A stretch of 64,000 nucleotides of DNA. Origin: an uncultured Pseudomonadota bacterium. Its GTDB lineage: Bacteria; Pseudomonadota; Alphaproteobacteria; RF32; CAG-239. The notes beneath the pieces are model-generated. The model did no database searches. It saw only the letters and a program-made list of their open reading frames with translations, and had not been told where the DNA came from. Both the position numbers and the translations under genes were made by a program. The stretch covers positions 142,418 through 206,417 of the forward strand of contig CACWKS010000002.1 of assembly GCA_902761535.1 (NCBI GenBank), written 5' to 3'. Below, in pieces: positions 10,218-20,200 of the stretch. The first letter of the stretch is position 1. Each line of letters opens with the position of its first letter.

Positions 10218-11474
10218 TTATATTTTTTTGAAAATAATTGAAGCGTTAGTTCCGCCAAAACCGAAAGAATTAGACATCGCAACTTTAACCGCACATTTTT
10301 TTGCCTGATTTGCCACTAAATCTATGCCTTGAGCCTCCTCAATCGGATCATCTAAATTCAAGGTCGGCGGAATAATTCCCTGTTCAATCACTTTGGCACA
10401 GAATATTGCTTCAACCGCACCGGCCGCACCTAACATATGTCCGATTGCCGACTTGGTTGACGACATTTTTAAGTTATCACAACCGCTAAACAATTCATTT
10501 ACCGCTTTGGCTTCCATGGCATCGCCGATTACGGTAGAAGTGCCGTGAGCATTGATATAGTCAACCTCATGCGGCTGCAAATCAGCTTTTCTCAAAGCCT
10601 CTTGCATGGCACGTTTTGCTCCGTTGCCGTCAGGTGCCGGTGAAGTAATGTGATAAGCATCACCCGAACAACCATATCCGCAAACCTCCGCATAAATTTT
10701 AGCTCCTCTGGCTACAGCATGTTCATATTCTTCCAATACCATCACTCCGGCTCCTTCGCTGATAACAAAACCGTCATGTCCTTTATCCCATGGGCGAGAA
10801 GCTTTTTCCGGAGTGTCATTGTAACTGTGCGACAAAGCGCGTGATTGCATAAAACCACCCACGGATAAAGGATAAACCGCGGATTCTGAACCTCCCGCAA
10901 CCACCACATCGGCATCATTCAATACAATGTTTTGATAAGCACTGATAATGGCATGAGCACCGGTAGCGCAAGCCGTAACCGTTGCCATATTAGGTCCCTT
11001 AAAACCGTAACGCATTGACACATGTCCCGATGCCATATTGATAATGCTTGAAGGAATAAAAAACGGATTAATTCGGCGTACTCCCGATTCGTTTAAAGTA
11101 AGAGATGTTGCATAAATAGTTTTAAGTCCGCCGATTCCCGAACCGATAATCACACCGGTACGATTTTTTTCACGCTCCTCTTCAGGGTGCCAATTCGCAT
11201 CTTTAACCGCCTCATCTGCAGCCGCCAACGCAAATAATATAAAATCATCAACTCGGCGTTGTTCTTTAGGCTCCATTATTTTATCGGGATTAAATTGTCC
11301 TTTTTCCGTTCCAAAAATTATTTGACCGGCAATTTGTGAAGTGCAATCCGAGGCATCAAATTTTTCAATTTTTTTAATGGCTGATTTATTTTCAATCAAA
11401 GAATTCCATGCCAAATCAACTCCCTCTCCGAAAGGTGTTAATGCCCCTAAACCTGTAATAACAACTCTTCTCAT
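10218..11474 (-). CDS. fabF: Beta-ketoacyl-ACP synthase II
   Basis: The ORF track gives 10218..11483; the likely start is MRRVVITGLG. KAS motifs include the active-site Cys in ATVTACATG, the His-His pair and the C-terminal NSFGFGGTN. Confidence 0.9.
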   Translation of the reverse strand: MRRVVITGLGALTPFGEGVDLAWNSLIENKSAIKKIEKFDASDCTSQIAGQIIFGTEKGQFNPDKIMEPKEQRRVDDFILFALAAADEAVKDANWHPEEEREKNRTGVIIGSGIGGLKTIYATSLTLNESGVRRINPFFIPSSIINMASGHVSMRYGFKGPNMATVTACATGAHAIISAYQNIVLNDADVVVAGGSESAVYPLSVGGFMQSRALSHSYNDTPEKASRPWDKGHDGFVISEGAGVMVLEEYEHAVARGAKIYAEVCGYGCSGDAYHITSPAPDGNGAKRAMQEALRKADLQPHEVDYINAHGTSTVIGDAMEAKAVNELFSGCDNLKMSSTKSAIGHMLGAAGAVEAIFCAKVIEQGIIPPTLNLDDPIEEAQGIDLVANQAKKCAVKVAMSNSFGFGGTNASIIFKKI

Positions 11475-11583
11475 AATTACCATCCGTAAATTTTAATTGC
11501 TGAAAAACAAGCGTAAGTTAACGGTAACAATTGCCAAAGTCAACCGTTCAAACTTAATATTACGGCTTTTTAACATTATGTGA

Positions 11584-13104
11584 TTAGCGCAGATATTCTT
11601 GCAAAATTTGCGGAGTTAAAATCGGTGGTAAAGTCAAATAATCATCGGATTTGCCATCATAATATATATATAACGGAACAGCAGCGCGATGATATTTTTT
11701 CATTCCCTCTGCCGCTTCGGGATTAAATTTGGTAATATCGGCTTTTAATAATAAAATATTATTTGCTTTAACCAAATCAATCATGGTATCCGAATATAAT
11801 GAAGTCTTTTTATTTACCAGACAGGTAATGCACCAATCAGCAGTAAAGTCAATAAATACCGGACGATTGTTTTGCAAAGCCTGTTCAACTTTTGCATTAG
11901 AATATTCCTGCCATTCGCTATGGCGTAAATTCAATTTTGTTCCCAACTGTGTACACAACAGCCATCCTAACCATAAACAAGTCAATAGCAAAGGTATTCC
12001 CAGAATAATTTTCACCGTCTTCATCCATTTTCCCGGATGCGGCATAATCTTCTGCATTGCCTTAGGATATACTGTCAACAGTGCAAAAGGCAGAGCATAA
12101 CCCAATCCCAAACTCAAAAACATCGGAAAATAAATATGTGCCGGTGCTACAATCGCATAGCCTATTACCGCTCCCATAAACGGTGCCGTACACGGACTGG
12201 CAATCAATACTGCCAAAATTCCCGAAATCAAAGCATCAACTTGGCAATTTTGAAAATGTAAATTTGTCAGTTTGCTCAACCAACCGCCATGCAAAGTAAT
12301 CAGATCAAACGCCATTAAGGTCAATAATATAAATATTATCAGCATTATCCCGACAAACCACGGACTTTGCATTTGAAATCCCCACCCCAAATGAGGATTT
12401 GTTTGTCTTAACAGCAGTAACAATCCCGCTAAAATCAACATAGATATAACTATTCCGCAGGTATAAAAAAAAGCCTCGCGCAAGCGATTTGCAGCAGTTG
12501 CTTTCAAACAAGCCATAATTTTTAATCCTAATACCGGCAACACGCAAGGCATCAAATTTAGCAATAAACCGGCAATGAATGCTAAACCTGCTATCTTTAG
12601 CCAATTTACTTCTTCAATATCTCCTCCAACAAAAGAACTTTCCGCTTCATTGATTTTTTGATTAAACATAGCTGAATCCGCAGCTTGAACAATCAGTTCC
12701 TTGCGTTGCGGTAAACACTCATCACCGGCACAAGCCTGCCAATCAATGATTGCTTTTGTCGTTCTGTCAGGATTATCGGTCATTATTGTAGTTTTATAAA
12801 AGAATTTATTTTCATATCCGTCATAGATAAATCCGTTATCATCAAATACTTTAGGTTTGCTGAAACTCTGTTCGACCAATGTTTCATTGTCGGCTAATTG
12901 CCAATTGATTTGCAAAGGACTGCCGAATTCTTGTTCATAAGGGGCAAAAATATGCCAGCCTTCTTTGATGTTAAATTCCAATAAAACTTCCCGATTTCCG
13001 TTTTCGTTAAGTCTGCTCCAGGCATCAACCTCAACTTGTGCTTTGGCGGAAAAAGCACTCAGGCAAAAAATACCGATAATTGCGGCTAACAACTTTATGT
13101 GCAT
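11584..13104 (-). CDS. dsbD: Thiol:disulfide interchange protein DsbD family (membrane electron transporter plus thioredoxin domain)
   Basis: Signal peptide, multiple transmembrane segments with the CVLPVL motif, and a C-terminal thioredoxin WCITC active site. Confidence 0.8.
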   Translation of the reverse strand: MHIKLLAAIIGIFCLSAFSAKAQVEVDAWSRLNENGNREVLLEFNIKEGWHIFAPYEQEFGSPLQINWQLADNETLVEQSFSKPKVFDDNGFIYDGYENKFFYKTTIMTDNPDRTTKAIIDWQACAGDECLPQRKELIVQAADSAMFNQKINEAESSFVGGDIEEVNWLKIAGLAFIAGLLLNLMPCVLPVLGLKIMACLKATAANRLREAFFYTCGIVISMLILAGLLLLLRQTNPHLGWGFQMQSPWFVGIMLIIFILLTLMAFDLITLHGGWLSKLTNLHFQNCQVDALISGILAVLIASPCTAPFMGAVIGYAIVAPAHIYFPMFLSLGLGYALPFALLTVYPKAMQKIMPHPGKWMKTVKIILGIPLLLTCLWLGWLLCTQLGTKLNLRHSEWQEYSNAKVEQALQNNRPVFIDFTADWCITCLVNKKTSLYSDTMIDLVKANNILLLKADITKFNPEAAEGMKKYHRAAVPLYIYYDGKSDDYLTLPPILTPQILQEYLR

Positions 13105-13106
13105 TA

Positions 13107-13778
13107 TTATTTACTTTTTTTGGCGATATTTAATTTGTAATAAGCTCGAGAAATTATGATTAATGCTTTTATTAAACACCAACATCCTAATAAAATAGCT
13201 ATCGGCATAAAGGCAAACGGCATAATGCACAAAATTACAAATGCGGTCAAAGTCTCGAACCCTTGTGCCAAACCGCCTAAGTAAAACGGTGATGCCTTAG
13301 TATCTGCCGATTTTTGATCAATTATACCGTAAGTCAGCATAGCGGTTGCCGATGCCATAAATGCAAAAAGTAAAAAACAAGCCGCTTGCGTATTGCTTTC
13401 ATCAGCCAAACCAAATCCGAAAATTACTCCTCCGTAAAATATGAAATCTAAAGTCGCATCAATAAATTTACCGAACTCGGTGACTCCTTTGGTGCGTGCA
13501 ACTGCTCCGTCAAGCATATCGCAAACTCTGTTAACCAATATACAAACTAAAGCTTCAAAATACATATTCATTGCCAAAAAATTAACCGCCATCATTCCGA
13601 TTATAAATCCGAATACGCTCAAATCGGTCGCGCTTATTTTAGTCTTGGCGATTTCTTTGCCCCAAGCATTGATTTTTTGTTGCCAGCGGTCTTGTAAACA
13701 TTTTGAAGTTTTGCAAAGTTCCGAATTTTTGAATTTAGACATCAGTTCATCGGCTTTTTTTGACATTTGTTTGTTCAT
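13107..13778 (-). CDS. CDP-alcohol phosphatidyltransferase family protein
   Basis: DMLDGAVARTKGVTEFGKFIDATLD matches the D-G-x2-A-R-x8-G-x3-D-x3-D signature. The protein has multiple transmembrane segments. Confidence 0.75.
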   Translation of the reverse strand: MNKQMSKKADELMSKFKNSELCKTSKCLQDRWQQKINAWGKEIAKTKISATDLSVFGFIIGMMAVNFLAMNMYFEALVCILVNRVCDMLDGAVARTKGVTEFGKFIDATLDFIFYGGVIFGFGLADESNTQAACFLLFAFMASATAMLTYGIIDQKSADTKASPFYLGGLAQGFETLTAFVILCIMPFAFMPIAILLGCWCLIKALIIISRAYYKLNIAKKSK

Positions 13779-13799
13779 GACAATCTTCTTTCTTAAATA

Positions 13800-13829
13800 T
13801 TGACATTAAAATTGATTATAATATAAAAC
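13800..13829 (+). promoter_or_regulatory. Candidate sigma70-type promoter for the apbE-rseC-rnf operon
   Basis: TTGACA at about 13800-13805 and a TATAAAA-like -10 roughly 17 nt downstream. The region is AT-rich, so the call is weak. Confidence 0.3.
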
Positions 13830-13877
13830 AAATTTTATAAAATGTAAAAATCAACTTAATATTTATGCAAGGTTAAT

Positions 13878-14873
13878 ATGCGAATTTTTCATTATATTTC
13901 AATATTAGTGTTTACAATACTGATTGGAGCACTTATTTATCTGTATTCGCCCCATTATCAAATTATTAAAGGAAAAATATTCGGCACTTATTATAATATA
14001 AAAATCAAAACTGATAACAAAGATTCTCAACTTAAAGATGAAATAAGCCACAGGCTTGCCGAGATTAATTCTTTGATGTCGGTATTTGAAAAAAACAGTG
14101 AGATATCTCTTATCAATGCCGCTTCTGCCAAACAAAAAATAGAATTATCCTCGGATATGAGCAAAGTAATTAAGGCATCAGACCTTGTTTATCGGCAAAC
14201 CGAAGGCTATTTTGATCCCTCATTGGGAAAATTGATTGATTTATGGGGATTCGGTTCATCAAAACCATCGGAACCTTCAGATGATGAAGTTAAACAAGCC
14301 CTTAAAAACAGCGGTTTCAATAAATTGAGGTTTAGTAAGAATTTTCGCTATCTTACCAAAAACAATTCGCAAATTATGCTCAATCTCTCAGCCATAGCCA
14401 AAGGTTGGGCCGTTGATGAAATAGCGTTACTATTAGATAAAAAAGGTTATAGTGATTATGTGATTGAAATCGGCGGAGAAGTCAAAACCAAAGGCTTTCG
14501 CGGAGAAAAAGGCGATCCGTGGACTATCGGTATAAATCGTCCCACTGCACATTCTTCCGATAATATCATGGTCATATCATTGAGTAATATGGCGGTTGCC
14601 ACTTCGGGAAATTATCGCAATTTTTATTCGCGTGACGGACAAATTTTAGGGCATACTATTTCTCACAAAACCGGCAAACCGGTTGAAAGTGACGTTGCTT
14701 CGGTCAGTGTATTTCACGATTCCTGTATGATGGCGGATGCTTATGCTACGGCAATAGTTGCCATGGGAATTGAACGAGGTTTACAATTTGCCAACCGGTA
14801 TAACATTAAAGTTATGATTTTTGACCAAGATTTAAAACGTTATCTGTCAAATGAAGCAGCACAAATTTTATAG
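13878..14873 (+). CDS. apbE: FAD:protein FMN transferase ApbE
   Basis: N-terminal transmembrane/signal segment and an ApbE-family fold (FGTYYNIKI..., SAIAKGWAVDE). It lies directly upstream of rnf, whose RnfG and RnfD subunits need flavinylation. Confidence 0.8.
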   Translation: MRIFHYISILVFTILIGALIYLYSPHYQIIKGKIFGTYYNIKIKTDNKDSQLKDEISHRLAEINSLMSVFEKNSEISLINAASAKQKIELSSDMSKVIKASDLVYRQTEGYFDPSLGKLIDLWGFGSSKPSEPSDDEVKQALKNSGFNKLRFSKNFRYLTKNNSQIMLNLSAIAKGWAVDEIALLLDKKGYSDYVIEIGGEVKTKGFRGEKGDPWTIGINRPTAHSSDNIMVISLSNMAVATSGNYRNFYSRDGQILGHTISHKTGKPVESDVASVSVFHDSCMMADAYATAIVAMGIERGLQFANRYNIKVMIFDQDLKRYLSNEAAQIL

Positions 14874-14882
14874 GAAAATTAA

Positions 14883-15299
14883 ATGAGTGAAATTACCAAG
14901 ACAGGGCAGGTAGTAGCCGTTGAAAAAGACTTTTTGCAGGTTGAATTGGTTACTTGTTCGGCTTGCGGTGATTGTGCTGTTAAATCATCTTGCGGCTTGC
15001 GGGAATATCGCAAAAATATTGTTAAAGTCAAAATTGATAATGCTTCATCTTATCATATCGGAGATAAAGTGGAAGTTTCTTTAAGTTCGCAAAAAGGAAT
15101 TGCCGCAGTTTTGTTGGCATTTGTGGTTCCATTGTTTGTTTTGCTCGCAACGTTGATAATTGGAGTTTTTTTAGGGTTTAGCGATATTCAAAATTGTATA
15201 TGTGCAATAATTATCTTGATTCCGTATTATTTTGCATTATTCTTAAGCAGACGTGTTTTGGAGAATAAATTTCGTTGTAAATTAAAAATCACCGATTAA
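14883..15299 (+). CDS. rseC: RseC/MucC-family positive regulator of sigma-E / Rnf-associated membrane protein
   Basis: N-terminal Cys cluster CSACGDCAVKSSCG followed by two transmembrane helices, as is typical of RseC. Confidence 0.7.
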   Translation: MSEITKTGQVVAVEKDFLQVELVTCSACGDCAVKSSCGLREYRKNIVKVKIDNASSYHIGDKVEVSLSSQKGIAAVLLAFVVPLFVLLATLIIGVFLGFSDIQNCICAIIILIPYYFALFLSRRVLENKFRCKLKITD

Positions 15300-15313
15300 A
15301 GGACTAAAAAGTC

Positions 15314-16144
15314 ATGGACAAATTGATATTGATAAACATTCTTATAATGGGAGGGGTAGCAGCTACAGCCGCTTTAGTGCTGTATTTTGTTTCTCGACGG
15401 TTTAGGGTGGAACCTGATGAAATTGCCGAAAAAATTGCTGCGGTTTTACCTCAAGCCAATTGCGGAGGCTGCGGTTGTGCCGGTTGTGCTGATTTTGCTT
15501 CAACCTGTTCTAAGGCCGATGAAGAAAGTTTTGCCAAACTTTATTGTCCGGTAGGCGGAGCTAAAGTAATGAGTAAAGTTGCCGCCATTAAAGGTTATGC
15601 TGCAGCTGATAAAAAACCTTCTGTTGCCGTATTGCGTTGTCAGGGAACGTGCACCAATGCTCCCGCCAAAATAGTTTACGATGCGGTTTCTTCATGTCGT
15701 ATTGCCAATCAAATTTCTGTCGGTTCCAGTGGTTGTCCGAATGGTTGCTTGCATTTGGGGGATTGTGTAAAAGTATGTCGTTTTGGCGCTCTGTCATTTG
15801 ATGAAAAAACACAAATGCCGGTTATCGATATTTCTAAATGCACTTCTTGCGGTGCCTGTGTAAAAGCCTGTCCGCGCGGGTTGTTTGAAATAAGGGAATT
15901 GAGTGCAAAAGGTTCTTTGCTGTATGTAGCTTGTCGTAATACTCAGAAAGGTGCGCTTGCCCGCAAAAATTGCTCAAAGGCATGTATCGGTTGCCAAAAA
16001 TGCGCTAAACTCAATCCGGAGATAACGGTAGAAAATAATCTTTCAGTCATTCCTCAAACCATAGATGCCAAAGAATGGGGAGCTCAATTATCAGAGAATT
16101 GTCCGTCCGGTGCAATTATTTATCGGGAGAAAATAAATGCCTAA
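15314..16144 (+). CDS. rnfB: Rnf electron transport complex subunit B (polyferredoxin)
   Basis: N-terminal transmembrane helix, CGGCGCAGC motif and several 4Fe-4S CxxCxxCxxxCP motifs. Confidence 0.9.
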   Translation: MDKLILINILIMGGVAATAALVLYFVSRRFRVEPDEIAEKIAAVLPQANCGGCGCAGCADFASTCSKADEESFAKLYCPVGGAKVMSKVAAIKGYAAADKKPSVAVLRCQGTCTNAPAKIVYDAVSSCRIANQISVGSSGCPNGCLHLGDCVKVCRFGALSFDEKTQMPVIDISKCTSCGACVKACPRGLFEIRELSAKGSLLYVACRNTQKGALARKNCSKACIGCQKCAKLNPEITVENNLSVIPQTIDAKEWGAQLSENCPSGAIIYREKINA

Positions 16145-17459
16145 AACTTATACCTTTCCGATGGGTGGAATTCATGTTGATAAACATAAAATCACTTCCG
16201 ATTCATCAATTGAATTTGCCGGATTACCCGAATTTGTTACCATACCTGTAAAACAGCATATCGGAGCTCCTTCGAAAATTATTGTCAATAAAGGTGATAA
16301 AGTTAAAGTAGGTACATTACTGGCTGATTTTGATGGAGTAGTTTCCTCCGATGTCCATTCTTCCGTTTCCGGTGAAATTGTCAAAATGGAAGCAACTCCT
16401 AATGCCAACGGTTACTATGAGACCATGATAACCATCAAGGTTGAAGGCGATGAGTGGGAAAAATCAATTGACCGCTCTCCCGAAGTTGTTCGTGATATTA
16501 ATTATACAGCGGAAGAGATTGTTCAAAAAATTCGTGAAAGCGGTATTGTCGGTATGGGCGGAGCAGGGTTTCCTACTCCGATAAAAACCACTATTCCCGA
16601 AGGCAAAAAGGCCGAAATATTGATTATTAACGGTATTGAATGTGAGCCGTTTTTGACTGCTGATGATCGTCTTATGCAAGAATGTGCCGAGCAGATTATA
16701 ATGGGGGCTCGAGTGCTCAACCGAGCTTTGGGAATTCAAAATGCTGTTATTGCCATCGATGAAAACAAACCTAAAGCCATTGCCGAATTGCAACGTTTAA
16801 GCAAGCTCTATGTCGGAGTTAATGTGCGGGTATGTCGCACCAAATATCCGCAAGGTGGTGAAAAGCAGCTTATTCGCGCTATTACCGGCAAAGAAATTCC
16901 TTCCGGAAAATTACCGATTGATGTAGGTTGTGTGGTACAAAATGCCGGTACGACTTTTGCCGTTTATGAAGCTGTCTTAAAGAACAAACCTTTGTTTGAG
17001 CGTATTATAACCGTGTCAGGCAATGCTTGCACTAATCCGGCTAACTATCGCGTCAGAGTAGGTACTCCGGTTTCTTATCTTATCGAAAAGACTAAGACGG
17101 ATATATCTGATGTGGAAAAAGTTGTTTTAGGCGGTCCGATGATGGGAACTTCCATTACCAATATTGACGCTCCGACGACTAAACTGACCTCAGGTGTACT
17201 GCTGTTAAAGGGCAAAGAGTTCGGTAAAAAATATCAGACCAATTGTATCCGTTGCGGTAAATGTGCTACCGTATGTCCGGCCGGGCTGCGTCCTTTTGCC
17301 ATCAAAGATGCTGTTTTATATAATGGAGGTGTTGCCGAATTGAAAGAATTGCATGCTATGGATTGCATCGAATGCGGATGTTGTGCATATAGTTGTCCGG
17401 CGCATTTACCATTGTTGGATTATTGTAAATTAGCTAAACAAGAACTACGAAAGAAATAA
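16137..17459 (+). CDS. rnfC: Rnf complex subunit C
   Basis: NADH/FMN-binding GMGGAGFPT motif and two C-terminal 4Fe-4S motifs (CIRCGKCATVCP and CIECGCCAYSCP). Confidence 0.9.
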   Translation: MPKTYTFPMGGIHVDKHKITSDSSIEFAGLPEFVTIPVKQHIGAPSKIIVNKGDKVKVGTLLADFDGVVSSDVHSSVSGEIVKMEATPNANGYYETMITIKVEGDEWEKSIDRSPEVVRDINYTAEEIVQKIRESGIVGMGGAGFPTPIKTTIPEGKKAEILIINGIECEPFLTADDRLMQECAEQIIMGARVLNRALGIQNAVIAIDENKPKAIAELQRLSKLYVGVNVRVCRTKYPQGGEKQLIRAITGKEIPSGKLPIDVGCVVQNAGTTFAVYEAVLKNKPLFERIITVSGNACTNPANYRVRVGTPVSYLIEKTKTDISDVEKVVLGGPMMGTSITNIDAPTTKLTSGVLLLKGKEFGKKYQTNCIRCGKCATVCPAGLRPFAIKDAVLYNGGVAELKELHAMDCIECGCCAYSCPAHLPLLDYCKLAKQELRKK

Positions 17460-17463
17460 GATC

Positions 17464-18453
17464 ATGTTAAAAGTTTCGACCAATCCTCATATTCAAACCA
17501 ATCGTGATACTAAATCACTAATGCTTGACGTCGTTATCGCTTTAATGCCTGCAGCTATAGCGGCAGTATTGTTTTTCGGCGTTGATGCTTTAAGGGTAAT
17601 ATTAACATCGGTTGCTGCCTGTGTTATGTTCGAATATTTGGCTTGTCGTTATTGGCTTAAATGCGGCAACACTACTTGTGATTATTCGGCCATTATTACT
17701 GGATTATTATTAGCTTATAATTTACCTTCTACAATGCCGTGTTGGATGATTTTAATTGGAGCTTTTGTGGCGATTATAATTACCAAAATTTGTTTCGGCG
17801 GATTGGGGTGTAATATATTTAATCCGGCCTTGGCGGGACGAGTATTTTTATTTATTTCATTTCCGGTACAAATGACTGTTTGGCCTAAGCCGTATTTTCT
17901 GCAGATGTTTTCTCCCGATGGTGAAACCGGAGCTACCACATTGCGTATGATAAAAAGCATTGGCAAAGCCGGCGAAACATCTCAGTCTATGTATCTTCTT
18001 AACGATTTGCCTGAGTATTGGGAAATGTTCTTAGGCAATACCGGAGGATGTATCGGTGAAGTTTCAGCTTTAGCAATATTGCTTGGGCTTGCGTTTATGC
18101 TTTATCGCAAGGTTATCAGTTGGCATATTCCCGTATATTACATCGGAACTGTTGTCTTGCTGACTTCACTTTTATATTGGCTGACCGGTAATGTTCGGTA
18201 TTTACCTTTGGCTCACTTACTTTCCGGAGGTTTGATGCTAGGTGCTGTGTTTATGGCAACTGATTATACCACATCTCCGATGACAATCAAAGGACGAATT
18301 ATATTTGCAATAATGTGCGGAATTTTGACGGTAATAATTCGTGCTTTCAGTGCTTACCCCGAAGGTGTTTCTTTTGCCATACTGGTTATGAACGCATTTG
18401 TTCCGTTGATTGATAAATATGCTGTTCAACGGTATTTTGGGGAGAAAAAATAA
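17464..18453 (+). CDS. rnfD: Rnf complex subunit D
   Basis: Polytopic membrane protein with the FMN-attachment motif SGGLMLGAVFMATDYTTSP. Confidence 0.9.
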   Translation: MLKVSTNPHIQTNRDTKSLMLDVVIALMPAAIAAVLFFGVDALRVILTSVAACVMFEYLACRYWLKCGNTTCDYSAIITGLLLAYNLPSTMPCWMILIGAFVAIIITKICFGGLGCNIFNPALAGRVFLFISFPVQMTVWPKPYFLQMFSPDGETGATTLRMIKSIGKAGETSQSMYLLNDLPEYWEMFLGNTGGCIGEVSALAILLGLAFMLYRKVISWHIPVYYIGTVVLLTSLLYWLTGNVRYLPLAHLLSGGLMLGAVFMATDYTTSPMTIKGRIIFAIMCGILTVIIRAFSAYPEGVSFAILVMNAFVPLIDKYAVQRYFGEKK

Positions 18454-19034
18454 TGAATAAAAATATATTAAAACCAGTAATTGCACTTACCGGCATAGCT
18501 GTTGTAATGGCTTTAATTTTAGGTAAAGTCCGTCAAATTACCCAAGAACCTATCAGTAATGCTAAAAACAATCAGGAGTTAGAAGCTATTGCAATGGTTA
18601 CCGGCGAATTTGACAATGATCCTTTTGCTGAAAAAACCGATATTTTCACTCCCGATAAAAAAGAAAAATTTACCATGTATCCGGCACGCAAAGAGGGAAA
18701 ACTTAATGCCGTAGCGATTAAGAGTTATACCAACACGGGATTTGGCGGTAAAATAGAAATTATGACCGGCTTTAATGCAGACGGCTCAATTAAAACTTTT
18801 AAGATAATTACTTCTAATGAAACTCCGGGTTTAGGTTCCAAAACCGATGAGCCTAAATTCAAAGAGCAGTTGAACGGATTTAATCCTGCAAAACAGGTAT
18901 TAAAAGTAAAACAAGATGGTGGGGATGTCGATGCAGTAACAGCCGCAACTATCAGTTCACGTGCGGTATTAAGAGCAATTGAGCGTGCTTTTGCTGCTTT
19001 CCAAAACTTTAACAAGAGGGATGAAAATGAGTAA
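18453..19034 (+). CDS. rnfG: Rnf complex subunit G
   Basis: N-terminal transmembrane helix and the FMN-binding motif [13 protein letters not shown]. Confidence 0.9.
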   Translation: MNKNILKPVIALTGIAVVMALILGKVRQITQEPISNAKNNQELEAIAMVTGEFDNDPFAEKTDIFTPDKKEKFTMYPARKEGKLNAVAIKSYTNTGFGGKIEIMTGFNADGSIKTFKIITSNETPGLGSKTDEPKFKEQLNGFNPAKQVLKVKQDGGDVDAVTAATISSRAVLRAIERAFAAFQNFNKRDENE

Positions 19035-19620
19035 TAGTTTTAATAATCTTACCCGAGGCATAATCAGAGAAAATCCCGTTTTGGTGATGCTTTTGGGTAT
19101 GTGTCCTACTTTAGGTGTAACCACTTCGGCAATTAACGGACTGGGTATGGGTTTAGCGACAATGTTTGTATTGCTGATGTCAAATATGGCGATTTCCTGT
19201 GTTAAAAAAGTTATTCCTGATATAGTTCGTATACCTTCATTTATTATAATTATTGCTTCGTTTGTTACTGTTTTGGAAATGTTGATGCAGGCTTATACTC
19301 CTGAATTATATGCCGCTTTGGGAATTTATATTCCTTTAATAGTCGTAAATTGTATAATTTTAGGGCGTGCTGAGGCTTTTGCTTCAAAAAATACAGTCTT
19401 TCAATCCCTGTTAGATGCAATCGGTATGGGATTAGGCTTTACTTTGGCTTTGCTTTTGTTGGGCAGTCTGCGTGAAGTTTTAGGCAATGGCTCAATTTTT
19501 GGATATTCTTTCATTTCGGAAAATGCCAGTCCGATGTTATTATTTATTATGCCTCCCGGAGCATTTTTGGCTTTAGGCGGAATTATTGCGGTTGTTAACA
19601 AATTAAGAGGGGTAAACTAA
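19021..19620 (+). CDS. rnfE: Rnf complex subunit E
   Basis: The ORF track gives 18979; the likely start is the MKMSNSF ATG at about 19021, overlapping the rnfG stop. RnfE/NqrD-type membrane protein. Confidence 0.85.
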   Translation: MKMSNSFNNLTRGIIRENPVLVMLLGMCPTLGVTTSAINGLGMGLATMFVLLMSNMAISCVKKVIPDIVRIPSFIIIIASFVTVLEMLMQAYTPELYAALGIYIPLIVVNCIILGRAEAFASKNTVFQSLLDAIGMGLGFTLALLLLGSLREVLGNGSIFGYSFISENASPMLLFIMPPGAFLALGGIIAVVNKLRGVN

Positions 19621-19621
19621 C

Positions 19622-20197
19622 ATGACATATTTAATGATTTTTATTACCGGAATTTTTGTTAATAACATTATTCTTTCGCAGTTTTTGGGAATTTGCCCTT
19701 TTTTAGGGGTGTCCAAAAAAATTTCTACAGCCTTAGGTATGGGAATGGCGGTTACTTTTGTCATGACTTTAGCCACGGTAGTTACTTATTTGTTATATTA
19801 CACATTTCTTCAACCTTATGGTTTAGAATTTATGAATACGGTAGCTTTTATATTGGTTATCGCCTCATTAGTTCAAATGGTCGAAATAATATTGAAAAAA
19901 ACTTCTCCCGCATTATATGGGGCTTTGGGGATATTTTTGCCTTTAATTACCACTAATTGTGCCGTTTTAGGGGTAGCTCTGTTAGTTATTCAAAAGAATT
20001 TTACCTTAATGGCCGGTATTTGCTACTGTTTAGCTGCAGCTTTAGGTTTTACCTTAGCCATAGTAATATTTGCCGGCATCAGAGAAAGACTTGAACGCAC
20101 CAATGTTCCGCCATTTATGCGCGGAACTCCGATTGTACTGATAACTGCAGCTCTTTTATCCATGGCATTTATGGGTTTTGCCGGAATGTCTTATTGA
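19622..20197 (+). CDS. rnfA: Rnf complex subunit A
   Basis: RnfA/NqrE-type six-transmembrane protein, placed last in the operon. Confidence 0.85.
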   Translation: MTYLMIFITGIFVNNIILSQFLGICPFLGVSKKISTALGMGMAVTFVMTLATVVTYLLYYTFLQPYGLEFMNTVAFILVIASLVQMVEIILKKTSPALYGALGIFLPLITTNCAVLGVALLVIQKNFTLMAGICYCLAAALGFTLAIVIFAGIRERLERTNVPPFMRGTPIVLITAALLSMAFMGFAGMSY

Positions 20198-20200
20198 TGC

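Noticed and set aside
9285-11483. fabF-fabD adjacency without acpP/fabG/fabH as evidence of an unusual fatty-acid-synthesis cluster
   Set aside because: The gene order differs from the E. coli paradigm, but fragmented fab clusters are common in reduced genomes. Nothing in the sequence suggests a novel function.
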